DNA of 64,000 nt from Vitrella brassicaformis CCMP3155 (Eukaryota > Protista > Chromerida), in contig CDMY01000688.1 of NCBI GenBank assembly GCA_001179505.1, forward strand, positions 124,001-188,000, in the 5' to 3' direction. The position numbers were made by a program, and so were the translations under genes. The notes beneath the pieces were generated by a model that did no database searches, had not been told where the DNA came from, and saw nothing but the letters and a program-made list of their open reading frames with translations. Below are positions 11,673-33,805 of the stretch, one piece after another (the first letter of the stretch is position 1; every line of letters begins with the position of its first letter).

Positions 11673-14600
11673 CTATGGTATGTTGAGGATCCTGCGGACC
11701 TCAGCTTTGAGTGCAAGATTGAGTCCGAGTGCGCTCCGCTCCTTGAGCGCCAGCACCCACCGCCTCTCCGCCGACCCCTCGGGCAAATCGGACTCGTTCA
11801 GAAAGCGACGCAGCACCGAACCCGAAATCTTCGCCTGCACACACAGAAACGTATACGCACAGACGACCGTCGCTGTGGGGGGGGGAACCTGTCTGATCTT
11901 CTCGGAGAGGGCGGCTGCTGCAGGTGAGCCCTGCTGCAGCCGGGCAGCCAGCTCGTCGACCGTCAGGCGGTCGGCGGCCTCGGTGGCCTCGGTGGCCAGC
12001 TGCTGATACACGCTATCATCAGCATCAGCAACAGAGACGCCCCCGTGTGTGTCTGCCTCGTCCGTGAGTTTCTTGATGAAGAGCTGCAGCCCGAGGAAGC
12101 AGCCGTCGGTGACTCTGAAGCTGCGCCTGAATTCGGTAGTAGTGCCAGTGCTCTGTGCGTCGGGCGGGTCTTTGGTGAGGTCGAGCAGCTCGCCGAGGCT
12201 CTTGAAGTCCTCCAAGCAAATCTGCCACACACAGAGACACACACAGTGGACGGATGGGCGTGTATGTGTATGTGTATGTAGCTTACCAATTCGAGTTTGG
12301 CGGCGAGTTGCTGCAGCTCCGACTGCGGTGCCCTCTGCTTCGACAGTGCTACAAACTGAGCCCTCGTGACGTCAGCTACTGCTACGCGGCCAGCCATACC
12401 CATACCCACACCCTGCCCTCCCCCCTCCCCCTCCCCATCGCCAGCCGCCTTGCCGCCCGCATTGCCATCGCCGCCACTGGGGTGCTGGTGGGCATGGAGG
12501 TGGACGCCTTGAGCGGATGGGAGATCGTCGTGTTTGTTGCCTCGGCTGCTGGGCGGCTGCTCGACGGCCATCTCGACCATCGGTGGCGCGGCGGCTGCCG
12601 CTGCCGCTGGGGCATCCTCTATCTGCTGGTCGTCACCCCTCCCCTCCCCCTGGAGCTGATGTGGCTGGTGGCGCTGTGGCTGGTCCTCGTCGACCACGAG
12701 TGGCTCTGAGTCTGCGGGCACCAGCCCCATCGTGGGCATGAGCACGCCATCGCACTGACCGCCACCATCATCACCACTACCAGCAGCAGCAGCATCGTCC
12801 ATGTGTTGGTCGTCATCTGCCCTGCCACTGCCCCCCTGCGGCCCCCGTGCTGGCGATGGTGGCTCTTGCTTGACAACCCTCTCCTCCTTGACAGCACACT
12901 CCTGCTTGACGCCACCCACGCCTCCCTGCCGCCCGTCGCCGCTTTTGCTGCCGTCGTCTGTGCCCTTCGACTCGCCATCCTCCTCGTCGATCTTGCCCGT
13001 CGCTGCCACAAAAGCCGCAGTGATATCGAGTACGTCTCGCTCTTGGTCTCCCTCAGGTGCGTCGGCTGCGGGCAGCGGTGGGGGCGGGTGCAGGGGGGCC
13101 GGTGCTGGGTGCATTGGCTGGCCCATCAGGGCATCTGATGGCTGAGGTTGGGTGGCGCCCTGTGCAGCTGACGCCGCCTGCGCCGTCAGGTCGTCCCTGT
13201 ATCTGGCGGCGTCCATGACGGCCTGCAGCACGTGGGCATATGTGCTGCCCCTGACCTCGAATGGCCGGTCCCCGTACGCCCCCACTCCCTTGACGATGAT
13301 GGCCACCGTGCCGGATGCCGACTTCTTCTGAAGCTTGACGCCCTCTAGGTCGTGCTTGAGCATGTCCGTGGCGACGCTGCGCGTGCAGCTCAGCAGCTGG
13401 TCATAGTCGAGGGGCTGGTGGGGGGTCAGCTGCCACTTGGGTGAGTCTGTGGGTGCTGGTACTGGGTGCACTGGCTGGTCGATCACGGCACCGGCTGATG
13501 GCTCGGGGGGCCGAGGGTGGCTGGAGTGGATTGGTTGCATGGGGCAAAGGCGGGGGCGACGGAGAAAAGAACGGTTGGCGATCGGCAGCAGCTGGCGTCG
13601 CAATGCGCCTGACCTCCGTGATGGCCTGCTGGACGTGGCTGTATGTGTCGCCCATGACCTCGACCACAGTCAGACTCGGTCGGCCTGGCAGTGCCTTGAT
13701 GGCGATGGACGGCCTGCCGGAGACGGCATGCTTGCACACTTTCATGCCGAAGATGCCGAACTTGAGCGCGCCCTCGACACACTGATTCAGATAGCTCAGT
13801 AGTTGCTCGTGGCCGAGGCGCTTGTCAGGCTCCAGGTGCCACTGCGGCGGGCCCGGTGCTGGTGGTGGGGGTGGTGCTGGCTGCATTGGCTGGTCCACTG
13901 GGGGTGAATTGGCGCCGTTGGGCAGACGGGGCGGCAACAGAGGGACGAGCGGATGCGCAACGGGCAGAAGGGGGGGCTGCCTCTGTGGCGAGTGCAGCCT
14001 GTCGGGGGGCCTGTTGCCCTTGCCGCCCTCGCCATCTGCCCCCTTGCCTCCCTGACCCCCCCGACTACCTCGCCGCCTTGTGTCAGAGAGTATGCGCCTG
14101 CCCTTGTTATCTTCGACTGTCGTCCTGTGGGTGCTCTGCTGGTACAGCCCCACTGGTCCCCCGCAGTCCACCAGCTTCTTCACCTTCTTGGTCACACCCC
14201 CAAAGTGCCATGAGGGGTCCCTGGGGCCGCGCGATGCCTCTGCGGAGAGGTAGTACCCGCCACCGTGACCGTCGGGGTAGGGCCCCATGGTGAGTGTGAC
14301 GCACTCGGGAGTGCTGATCTCGAATGACGTCTTGTCAGCCAGGCCTTGGAATATGCCGCCAAGGCAGTCGCCGCGCTTCTCGCAGTAGGTGCGAAACTTC
14401 TCCTCACAGTCAGCCACAATCTCTACACACACACACAGACAAACAGATTGACCGTAGGGATTGAACCACACCCCCTCCTGCTTACCACTATCCGGTCGCT
14501 TGGCCCATGGACGGGCAGCAGTAGCAGAAGCAGACGCAGCAGACGCAGCGGCTGGCGATGCCTCCATCGAGCTGGCCAAGTCGTTCTCTAAGTCGACGAC

Positions 14601-15946
14601 CATGCGTATCTTGTCACACGTGTCATGCGCTGTCTGGCGGGGCGCATTGCGGCGACCGAACGACGGAGGGCTGCCAGACAGACGCCGCTTGGACCGACGA
14701 AGACCACCATTCCCCTCCTGCTGCTGCTGCTGCTGCTGGTGCTGCTGGTGGGCTGGTGTGTCCTCGACGTCGATCTGCTCCTCGGGCGGCCAGTCGTATT
14801 CCTCTACGACATCGAGCAGCCCTTCACACGGCTGTAGCCCGCCGACCAGACACGACTCGTCCTTCAACCCCTTCAGCCTGGATGGAGCGACACACATCAC
14901 ATCACATCACATCACTCACAACTCATCCAGCCATCCATCCATCCATCCATAACCCATGCCTCTCTCTGTTTCTTGCCGTGTTCGTTCACCTACCGAGCAT
15001 TTCTATAGTGGATGGCTTCCACCAGCGCCTCCCGCACCCCGTGGCTCTGCGCACAGCTGAAGTCCTCCACCTCCACGCGGCACCCATCTGACACTGCTTG
15101 CATGGCAGCAAACGCATTCATGTGAATGCCTGAATGGCTTCTCTTCTTTCTGGGCAGCGCGACACGCCAGGCCACCAAGCGGTCCCCATGGTAACACGGC
15201 TCGATGCACAGCGGACCGCTGACCCTCTCACGCAGCAGGCTCACGATCGGGTGGATGGGCGGCTGGGCGGCTGGGGCGAGGGGGAGGGGGAGGGCTGGTT
15301 GTGGCCATGGTGGGTGTGGTTGCCAGCGGTGGTGCCCTTCTGGTCTGGTGGGTTGCTCGGACTCCCAGACACCTAGAGGCAACGGCACATAGGTGTCCGG
15401 CACGAGTCCATTCTCCGTGTCAGTCATGTGTTCCTTGACGCACCTGAGAGTCCCTTGTGCCGCTGTTGGCCGCCGGCTGTCTGCTAGCTGCTACTCCGAC
15501 CGACATGTGGGCCATCTGCTGCTGCTGCTGCTGCTGCTGGTGCTGCAGCCGGGCTGTGCGAGCAGTGAGTGCATTGTCGAGGGCCTTCTGGATGGCTGCA
15601 AGCGTCCTGCCGTCAACTGGGTAATTCTCTGGCAACCCCTGCAGGCAACACATACACACACACACACACACACAGGTGTGAGTCAGGCCATCCATCCATC
15701 CATCCATCCATGCCATTCATTCCCACTTACCTGACAGGCGAAGGCTATCTGTCCCTCTCTCCCCTTCTGCCGCACCTCTACGGGCCATTGCTGCCACGAG
15801 CTTCTCGCCGAGAGCCTCTCAGCCTGACGCAGCAAGTTCTGGGCTGCGATGAGGAGGTCGCTTCGTGAGAGCTCCTCGTGATCTGGCTGGCCGCCGATGG
15901 CCGCCATGCTTTGGGGATCTGACAGAGGGGAGAGCACAGAGGCCAT
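11673..15946 (-). CDS. Multi-exon gene: degenerate AP2-like domain, two KH-like repeats, C-terminal SAM-like domain; one or two apparent frameshifts
   Basis: Exons 15946-15731, 15638-15444, 15372-14994, 14877 onward. AP2-like: AWRVALP...VEDFSCAQSHGVREALVEAIHYRN. Repeats: LKFGIFGMKVCKHAVSGRPSIAIK...VEVMGDTYSHVQQAITEVRRI and its paralog ...FEVRGSTYAHVLQAVMDAARY. SAM-like: RLTVDELAARLQQG...|AKISGSVLRRFLNESDL. Frame breaks at G-runs near 15275 and 13505. Confidence 0.6.
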
Positions 15947-16136
15947 TCACAGCGCCATGATGCGGTGTGAACGAGTCACGCAGGAGTGGATGGATTACCT
16001 TCAAATGGGCAGAATGCACTCACGGCTGGCGATGTTGTTGAGCTTGCCCGCACCACAGGCATGCATTAACCATCAATGTTCGCTGCCGCGATCCTGCATG
16101 CGGAGGACCCCCCAGGGCCCCCAGTCTTTTCGGAAA

Positions 16137-25422
<9,286 letters not shown>

Positions 25423-28400
25423 TCGCCACCGTCGCTCCCACCTGTGGCCAACCGACGCATGCAAGGCGTCACGGAGCGGCTGATGAGCATGGACCTCCTT
25501 GCCTTGGGCGCCTTGGGGCGGGCCACGACCTCCCAGCCTGTGGGCTCGGCTGCCGAGGGTCTGAGAGGTCCCTGTGGGGCCACGTTGGCTGGGGCCCCCA
25601 AGGGCCGGCAGGCGCGCAGTTCAGTGGTTCGGCAACCACGGAGAAGCTGGAGGAGGACAACAGCAAGGAGGAGGAGGCGCCCCGTGAGCCGGCAGCGCCG
25701 CGTGCCTTTGCCTAGCGAGATGACGATGCTTGGCGAGTTCCTGCTGTGGGCGACACAGCCGCCGGCCTATCGGCTGATCAAGAGGGCCGCCAAGGGCGGC
25801 CAGGGGGAAGGCGAGGCACCCGCATTGGGCCAACGCAGAAGCTGCAGGACACAAGCAAGGAGGAGGAGGCGACCCCCGAGCCCGCCGTCAAAGAGACCGC
25901 CTCCGAGGGACCCCATCGAGCCACCCCTTCCCCCCACACAGGCCGCAGAGGCACCCCCCGCCGTCCCTGCACCGTCAGAGCCGCCTGCCCCGCCACCCAC
26001 GGCAGCAGGACCTCCTGCGCCACCAGCTGCGGCGGCTGCTGAAGGCGACAAAGTCACTGACATAGAGAAATTCAAGCCGAGAGAGCAGCCAGAGGAGCCA
26101 CACGTGGCAGAGGAGACAAGAGAGGATGCAGCAGCAACAGCACCGGCCGAGGAGCCTTCAAGGGAAGTTGAGCAGGAGGAGGATGGCCCACAGGATGAGG
26201 AGCAGCAACCGCTAGATGAGGAAGAGGTCAGCGGGCGGGAAAATAGTGCACTGGACTTCATTGCATTCATTGCTTGTCTGTCTGTATGTCTGTCTGTCTG
26301 TCTGTGCGTCGCATGTGTGCGCATCAGAATCCCGACAAGGGACTGAGCCAGCCAGCCCCCATTGTCCACAGACAACAGCCTGCAGACAACGTACGCACTC
26401 ACACACTCACACACTCACACACTCACACACACACATACACACATACACACACACATCGACGACAGCCGTCAGCTCGTGTGCCCATATCTGTTCTGATCCC
26501 ATGTTTGTTGTGTCAGGATACCTCCCGCCGCGTGTACTCCCGAGACAGACTCCTCGCCTGCAAGCCGCCGGGAAGCAAGCAGAGACCCCGCCCGACACAG
26601 AGAGACTGACAAGCCGTGTGCAAGGGTGCATCGGTGCTCTGTGTGCAGGTGAGCGACGAGCCGCCCGAGGAGGTGGCCAATCTGCACGATGCGGTCGTCC
26701 AGCGGCAGCCAGGAGGCGCCTTCGACTCCAGCCCTGTGTTCCGGGGTCGCTCCCGACTCAGCCTGCGGCCCAGTGGAGGGGGAGGATCATCTACTGTCCC
26801 GGTGCGTCTGTCTGTCTGTCTGTCTAGACACACGCCGACACACATGCACTTATTCTTTGCACCTTTGCTGCAGATGTTTGGCCAGGACTTCCAGCCGTCG
26901 CCAGCCCGGCTGGACAGCTACGACAAGAAGTCCCCTCCGAGCGACGCATCACCTCCCGGCTCTTCCGGCAGGGGTCAGTGCGATAGAAGTGTCATTGCAT
27001 AAGCAGGGCTGAATGGATGGACGGCTGGCTTTGTGTGTATCTGGCAGCGCCCCCTCCTGGAGCGGACGGTGGGTACGTTCCAGTGCCGGCGCCGAGTGCC
27101 AACGCGTACCGCGTGACGAAGCCGACGGAGAGGAACCAGGTCATCGAGCGGGAAGCCAAGAGCAAACTCAACAAGCTTACCATCGAGAAATTCGAAGTCA
27201 TCGCCGAAAAACTGGGTCAGTAGCTCGGTGGCACTGACGGGGAGGGAGGGAGGGAGGGAGGGAGGGACGGAGGAAGGGCCACATCAGTGTGCATCCCGTG
27301 TGTGCCTTGTCTGCCTGTGTGTGCGTGTGCGTGTGCAGCCCAACAGTGCGAGCAGCTGCAGAGTGGAGAGGACCTCGACTTGTTTGTCGCTGTCGTTTTC
27401 GAAAAGGTCGGACCAATCGGCCCACACATTGGAGCATTTGAGACATGTTTGTGTTGTGTGTTGTGTGCGGTGCAATGCATGAAGGCTGTGTCCGAGCCCA
27501 ACTTCAGCGAGATGTACGCTGACCTGTGCCTGATCCTTGGCTGGCGGTCACCTGAGTTCCCACACGAGAAGGAGAAGGGCAAGACCTTTCGCAGGGCGCT
27601 CCTCAACAAGTGCCAAGAGGAGTTCGAAAAGTGGGAGACAGAAGCCCTCTCACACACACACACACACACACACACAGACAACCTTCATTTCTGTGTGTGC
27701 GTGTGTAAACAGGCTGCCCGAGACCAAGATGACGCTGAGCGACGAGGACAAAGCGGGGCTCTCGCCCGACGACCAGGATATCAAGCTCAAGAAACTCAAG
27801 GACCGAATACTTGGAAGTGAGCACCTCATGTGACTTACGCGCATCCACTCATCCAATCCACTCACGACACACTTTCTCTGCTATGTCTCTGTGTATGTGT
27901 GTGTGTGTGTGTTTAGACATCAAGTTCATCGGGGAGCTGTTCCTGCGTCGGCTGCTGCCGACCAAGGTCGTCAAGGAGGTCGTCACCTCACTCATCGGCG
28001 AGGACGCCTCGTACTCGCCAGAGGAGCTCTTCATCGAATGCCTTTGCACGCTCGTCACAACTATCGGTCAGTACTTTTCACAAACACACAGACGGAGAGA
28101 GAGGGAGGGAGACGACCCTCAGACGGGCAAGGTGCGGTCGCTATGGGTGCAGGATTGACGCTCGAGTCCACTGACGCCGGCAAGCAGCTGCTGACGCACT
28201 TCATCAGCCGAATGACGGAGCTCAAGGACCAGGACAAGTACTCCACGCGGATCAAATTCGCGCTACAGGTACGCACCTGGGCAGGCAGGCAGCCAGGCAG
28301 GCAGGCAAGGAGGCAGACAATGCATTTCCGTTTGTCAGTCTTTCCCTCCCTCACGCCATCGTGCGTGTGTGTGTGTGTGTGCAGGACGTATTGGATTTGC

Positions 28401-28775
28401 GCAAGAACGACTGGCGGCAGAAGGTGCACAAGGAGAAGGCAAAGGCGCTCAGCGACATCAGAGAGGACGTGAGCACACTTTTCCCCCCCACACACAGAGG
28501 CAGCCAAGCTCATACGCCGTTTGTTTGTCAGGTCAAGAGGGAGGAGGCCATGGGCGGGGCCATCCACGCTGCACAGCAAGGCACCTTTCAGTTCGTCGGC
28601 AGGAGAACCGACGTGCGCACACACACTATTACACACACAGACCAACCACACACACTTTGACGCATCCACCATGTCTTTTGGTTGGTCGGTTCATCATCCT
28701 TCAGACGATCTACGAGCCCTACATGGACAGGCAGCGCGAGTTGTTCGACTCGAAGGAGACGGCCAAGAAGGAAGT
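25423..28775 (+). pseudogene. EIF4G: eIF4G-derived exons: low-complexity region, eIF4E-binding motif exon and full MIF4G domain; frame broken by TGA at 26607-26609
   Basis: RRVYSRDRLL (YxxxxL-hydrophobic motif, 26535-26555). MIF4G: KSKLNKLTIEKFE, VFEKAVSEPNFSEMYADLC, FRRALLNKCQEEFEK, RILG|NIKFIGELF, IECLCTLVTTIG, RIKFALQDVLDLRKNDW, with phase-consistent introns. Confidence 0.85.
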
Positions 28776-29395
28776 GGTCAGAAACCAAGACCCGTCAAGC
28801 AACGATGTTCGTGTCACCATACTGTCGTCTGTGGTGCATGTGCTGTGTTGTCGCAGGGTGGCAACCGCGTTGAGGCCGTCACCCAGACCTCACAGACATC
28901 ACAGACATCGCAGCAGCAGCAGCAGCAGCAGCCGAAACCATACGGTAGGCGAAGCGCCACCTCTCACCTCACCCGGCACAATTGCTTCCTGTGCGCGTAT
29001 TCCGTCCCTCTTCGTTCGTTTGTCTAGGTGGCCCCCCTGGTATGCAGCTGCCATCTCCGTCGGCCAAGCCCGAGGCTGCCCCTGCTGTCGGCCCCACTCC
29101 GCCCGCACCCAGCCAAGTCCCCAACTTCGCCGGCGCCCCGCCAGCAGCCGCACAGGCGCAGGCCACCACGCCGCAGCCTCAGCAGACGGCGACTCAGCAG
29201 CAAGTGCAGACTCCTCAGGCCGCCAAGGACGACAAGGCACCCGGTGCCGTCACTGCCGCTGCCCGGATCGGGACGGTCACGGCTGCCGCTGGTGAGATCG
29301 TCGGCCGTGGAGTAAGACTCGCGCCTCCGGTCAGGATCCACCCACCGCATCCTGGGAAGCGGTGGGTGGTGAAACGGCAGGTGGGCAGCGAGTGA
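28775..29395 (+). pseudogene. Inverted duplicate of three intron-containing exons of the Def1/UBAP2L-like gene (43480-43990), fused in frame to the MIF4G exons
   Basis: VVRNQDPSSND|GGNRVEAVTQTSQ...QPKPY|GGPPGMQLPSPSAKPEAAP...KDDKAPG is near-identical to the reverse complement of 43480-43995. Stop at 29393-29395. Confidence 0.9.
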
Positions 29396-29765
29396 GGCCG
29401 TCCCGATTGACGGCTCCATCAGTGGTCTGTGCTCAGCAGTGGACGAGAGAGAGAGGGAGAGTGCTGTGGTGTGCGTGGCCTCACTATACCTTTCTGCCTA
29501 TCTATGTATCTCCCTGCGTGTGTCCAGTGGATGGGTTCGCGCGTGGCCTCACTATACCTTTCTGCCTATCTATGTATCCTCCTACCTTCTTTCTCGTGAT
29601 GCTGTACGTGCGTTGGTGGTTGGCATCATGATCATGCCAAGCTTGTGTGTGCCTGAGGTGCGTTGTGTCCGTTGCGGTGTGCTGCCTGCCTGGCGCTCCT
29701 CTTCCCCCTTGATGTGCGTACGTGTATATGTATAACACTCTGTGTGACAGACACGTGTGTGTCAC
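29390..29765. repeat. Inverted copy of 39370-39730 (probable distal 3' region of the Def1-like gene), with an internal tandem duplication
   Basis: Shared gaggccgtcccgattgacggctccatc...tataacactctgtgtgac. The 35-mer tggcctcactatacctttctgcctatctatgtatc occurs twice in this copy (about 29476 and 29544). Confidence 0.9.
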
Positions 29766-31214
29766 TACGACGATTGCAATGCTTGTTGTGTTTTAGCTTT
29801 TTTTTTAGCCTGATGTGTTAATTCTCATTGTGTCTTTTCTTTAGCCTGTTGTGTAATTCTGAAGAATGAACCAACTGTGACCTCATCGTGCGTGAATGAC
29901 TTAGTTGTTGGCATTGAGTGACGTTTGATTGATTAACGAATGAATGGTCGAGTCCCACAGACAGCGCCATACACCCACCCACCCACCCACCCATCCACCC
30001 ATCCAGCCATCCATTCATTCATTCATTCGTAAGTGTCACCAGGGGGGCCCTGTTGCTTTTCCTTCGCATGCCGTCAAAGCCCGCCTTGACCCAATCCATC
30101 ATTTGCTTTGTACTGGCACCCATCTCATCCTCCCTCCCTGGAAGTCATAGACAGACAGACAAGCACACGCAGCAAGCAACGGATAATGAGACATTACATT
30201 CCCAGGTGTGAAGGCAGGGCCCCCCCGGTAAGAAATTATGCGTATCATGACAAGATATGTGCTTGCACTCTGTTGCTGCGTGTGGTTGTCCATGACGTGC
30301 AGGCCATGAAGTGTGTTTTGTGTGTGTGTTGTGTTTGTGTTTTGTGTGTGTATTGTGTTGTTTTTTGTGTGTGTGGGTGGTGCGTATGGGATGGATGCCT
30401 CGGTGACATTTCCATCCATTTCAATCAACGAATGATGCAAACTGTTACTTACATGCACACGCATATATATCCGTCCACACACACAGGTACACGCTTCCCG
30501 TAGGCACCGCACCCAACGCGCATACGGAAAGAATGGGACTGTGGATATAAAATTTAGGCAGCCATGGGCAGAGTCGCCCTGTCTGTCTGGCCACATCATC
30601 TAAGATGTGTGTCCTCGCCCATGTCTAAATCAACACACACAAAGAGACATACATACAAGATGTGTCTGTCTGTGTATGGAAAAAGGTCAATCGAGCCACA
30701 CAGCGTGTCGCTCGCTCACACGTACAAAGAGACACAGGTTGGTTATGAGGTCACAGTTAGTTCGTTCGTTATGTCCCACCCACACATCCGCTACGGCAAG
30801 CCGCGCGACCCAACCAGCTCTCACGCACCGACCTGACTGACCATCATCATCATTATCACACAACAGGCTAAGAAAAACAGGCTAAAGAAAGAACACAACA
30901 GGCTAAAGCAAAAGCGAAAACACCACAAGCACAACACACCAAACACACAACAAAACAAAACAAAACAAAACACACCACGCCACACCGAAAGACATGACCA
31001 TGGCCATGTCTTTCACACGCACGGCGGCAATGAAAGCGCCGCGCCCGCCGCAAGGGAACGAGCGGACACACAAGACCGCGTGCGTGGCTGGAGTGGTAGG
31101 ACACACCCACCAGACACAGGCAAACAGACAGACAAACGAATTGCTTTGCTCCCGTAGCTAAGCTCTCTTTCACGTGTGCCACGCATCCACCATACCATGC
31201 AGCACTCAGGTGAC

Positions 31215-32271
31215 ACTACACTGACTGGCGACGTGTGTGCATGAACTCGGCCCACAGCAGGAATTCGCCGAGCATCACAATCAGTGAGTCGGCCTTGGCT
31301 TGCTGTCTGCGGATCTTCTTGCGCCGCTGCTTGCGGGCATTCTTGCTGATGCCGGAGTCCTTCTCGTAGGTGGCCTGCAGCCGCTCTGCGAGGGTGGCGG
31401 CCTTGGCGGGCGGCACGGCGGGGTCGGGCTTCGGATCTGACACACAGACAGACAGGGAGGCAGGGAGGGAGAGGCAGAGAGGGAGACGGGTGTGGAGTGA
31501 GTTGATGAGTGATTGGTTGGATGAGTGTGTCTGTGTGTGTCTGTCTGACGACGTGTGTGCGCAGCGGGGTCAATGATGTATGTCGAACTCGGCCCACAGC
31601 AGGAATTCGCCGACCATCACAATCAGTGAGTCGGCCTTGGCCATCTGCTTGCGGATTTTCTGGCACCGCTTCTTGCGTGCATTCTTGGTCAGGCCGGAGT
31701 CCTGCTTGTAGGTGGCCTGCAGCCGCTCTCTGAGGGCGGCGGCCTTGGGGGACGGCACGGCCTGCTCGGGCTTCGGATCTGACAGACAGACAGACAGACA
31801 GGGAGTGAGTGAGTGAGTGAGAGGCAGAGAGGCAGAGAGGGAGACGGGTGGTGTGGAGTGAGTGGATGAGTGGTTGGATGGATGAGTGTGTCTGTGTGTG
31901 TCCGACGACGTGTGCGCACCCAGTGTCTTGTCCAGGTCCCCGATCTCCTGGAAGTGAACGTGTGCCTCTGCTGCTCCATGAAGTCTCGGAAGATCAGCCG
32001 CTCGCAAACAAAGATGTCTATGCAATCGACGAACACGTAACCGTCGACGACCCGCCAGCCTCGCCGTCCTCCTTGCCCTGCTCGTGGATGGTGGCGAGGC
32101 GAGGCTGCTCCTTTCCCTGCTTGGCCTTGGCTTGCTGCTTTCGGATCTTCTTGCGCCGCTTCTTGCGGGCGTTCTTCGTCAGGCCGGAGTCATGGTCGTA
32201 GGTGGCCTGCCGACGCTCTGTGAGGGTGGGCTCGTCCTTGGGGACGACTCGGCCTGCTCGGGCTTCAGATC
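31215..32271 (-). repeat. Three tandem homologous exons (about 31215-31436, 31570-31778, 32050-32271)
   Basis: Each starts after gtcag|ATC and encodes DPKP(E/D)xA...ERLQATY..DSG(L/I)(T/S)KNARKxRxxKIR(K/R)Q. Two continue KADSLIVM(L/V)GEFLLWAEF. The copy at 32271 has a 1-nt frameshift. Confidence 0.85.
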
Positions 32272-32277
32272 TGACAC

Positions 32278-32310
<33 letters not shown>

Positions 32311-32879
32311 TAGGCAGGACGTACAGTCACCTGCGAACTCACATCGATTTTGTTGTCATAACCGCCGCGCTCTTGGTAGTCCTCTCACCTCACGTGGTAA
32401 TCGTCGGCCGTCTTGCCAATCAGGTCATCAGATTGTCAAGATGCGCCAATTGCTTTCCAGATGCGCCGCAATTGCCGGCATCTGGCAAAAAACACATATT
32501 CATTCTGTAAGCACATGAATTCAAAGATGCAGACCTGCGGATGCCTGTGGGTATCGACAGACCGCAGCTTCGTCATATGAGATAAAATCTCGTCTGGATA
32601 TAAAATGTAGGCACCGATGCATCTGCGACAAGAGACATAGGAGGCACAATTCAATTGACTTACATTACCGCGCTTCATCGCGTTTCTTGCCTGCTGTCTC
32701 TGTCTGGTCTCCTTCGCTCGTTGCGTTCTTTCCGCTGCTTTCCAAGCCCGAATGGGCACCCACTTCATGGCCTGCACGTCATGGACAACCACACGCAGCA
32801 ACAGAGTGCAAGCATATCTTGTCATGATAGATACGCACAATTCCTTACCGCCGGGGCCGTGCCGCTTTTCTCGGGCCAG

Positions 32880-33295
32880 CCGTGGAAGCCGGCCTTGGGA
32901 GGGATCAGTGGCTGCAAGCGGCCAGGAGGACCAGCCGTAGGCCGCGGGCCGCCACGATGACATGCACCTGCAGGCACAAACAAACCACAATGAATGCTCT
33001 CACAATGCACTCATGGATGAACACACATGCATCCCATCCCATCCCATCCCATCCCATCACCCACACTGTACTGTACTGTATGTGTGTGTCCGTACCTCTG
33101 CCGGGCAAGAGAGCGGCTCCGCGCCTCTGCTGTGGGCTCCGTGCTTGGCGGCCTCCTGCTCCTGCTGCTCCTTCTCCAGCTGCTCGCGCTTGGCCTTGGC
33201 CCGCTCACGTCTGGCGGTCTTGTTCAGGGGCCACTCCTGGTTCTCGTGGCCCTTCTTCTCCTGCAGGATGTTCCACACCGCCCATACCCTGCACA
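32880..33295 (-). pseudogene. Diverged direct copy of exons 2-3 of the Def1-like gene (45230-45690) with their intron
   Basis: AVWNILQEKKGHENQEWPLNKTARRERAKAKREQ vs AVWNILQDKKGHENEEWQQPLNKAAKRERAKAKREQ. The intron gtacggacacacac...tgcag is conserved. Confidence 0.9.
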
Positions 33296-33805
33296 CATAA
33301 AGCACAGACACAGCAACTTTTTCAGCCTGTGGAAGTGACATAGAAGCCAGACAGCTCATGAGGAATCTGTCTTCTGCATCGTGTGCACAGTCTCTTACTT
33401 ACACTCATCGACCAGGCCTCCCATTCGATCGAGCTGATACCGACCTAAACCACAACGAATGGGGACACACAATGTCTAGCTGGCTAGATGTGGCGATAAA
33501 GTGTGTACCTTTTGTGGCCATGTTCTTGTAGAAGCGGTTGCGATGTATGAGTCGACGGGCAATCGATTGAAGAATGGGACTATGGATATAAAATGTAGGC
33601 AGCCATGGGCGGGGTTGCCCTATCGTGAACGGCCGTAACACACACCGCTGAACCTTGACACACAGAGACACACAGACACACAGCCATGGTGTTTGTGTGT
33701 CGTTTGTGTAGCGCGAGAAGCGTACCGAGGAAGTGTTTGATGAAGACCAGTATGTCTCTGGTTGGCGACTTGTGGCGCGTAGTGTGTCGTGTTTTGGGTA
33801 CCTAC

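Noticed and set aside
26607-26609. Stop-codon readthrough or selenocysteine at the TGA in the eIF4G part
   Set aside because: No SECIS or conserved context; a frameshift in the preceding G-run explains it equally well.
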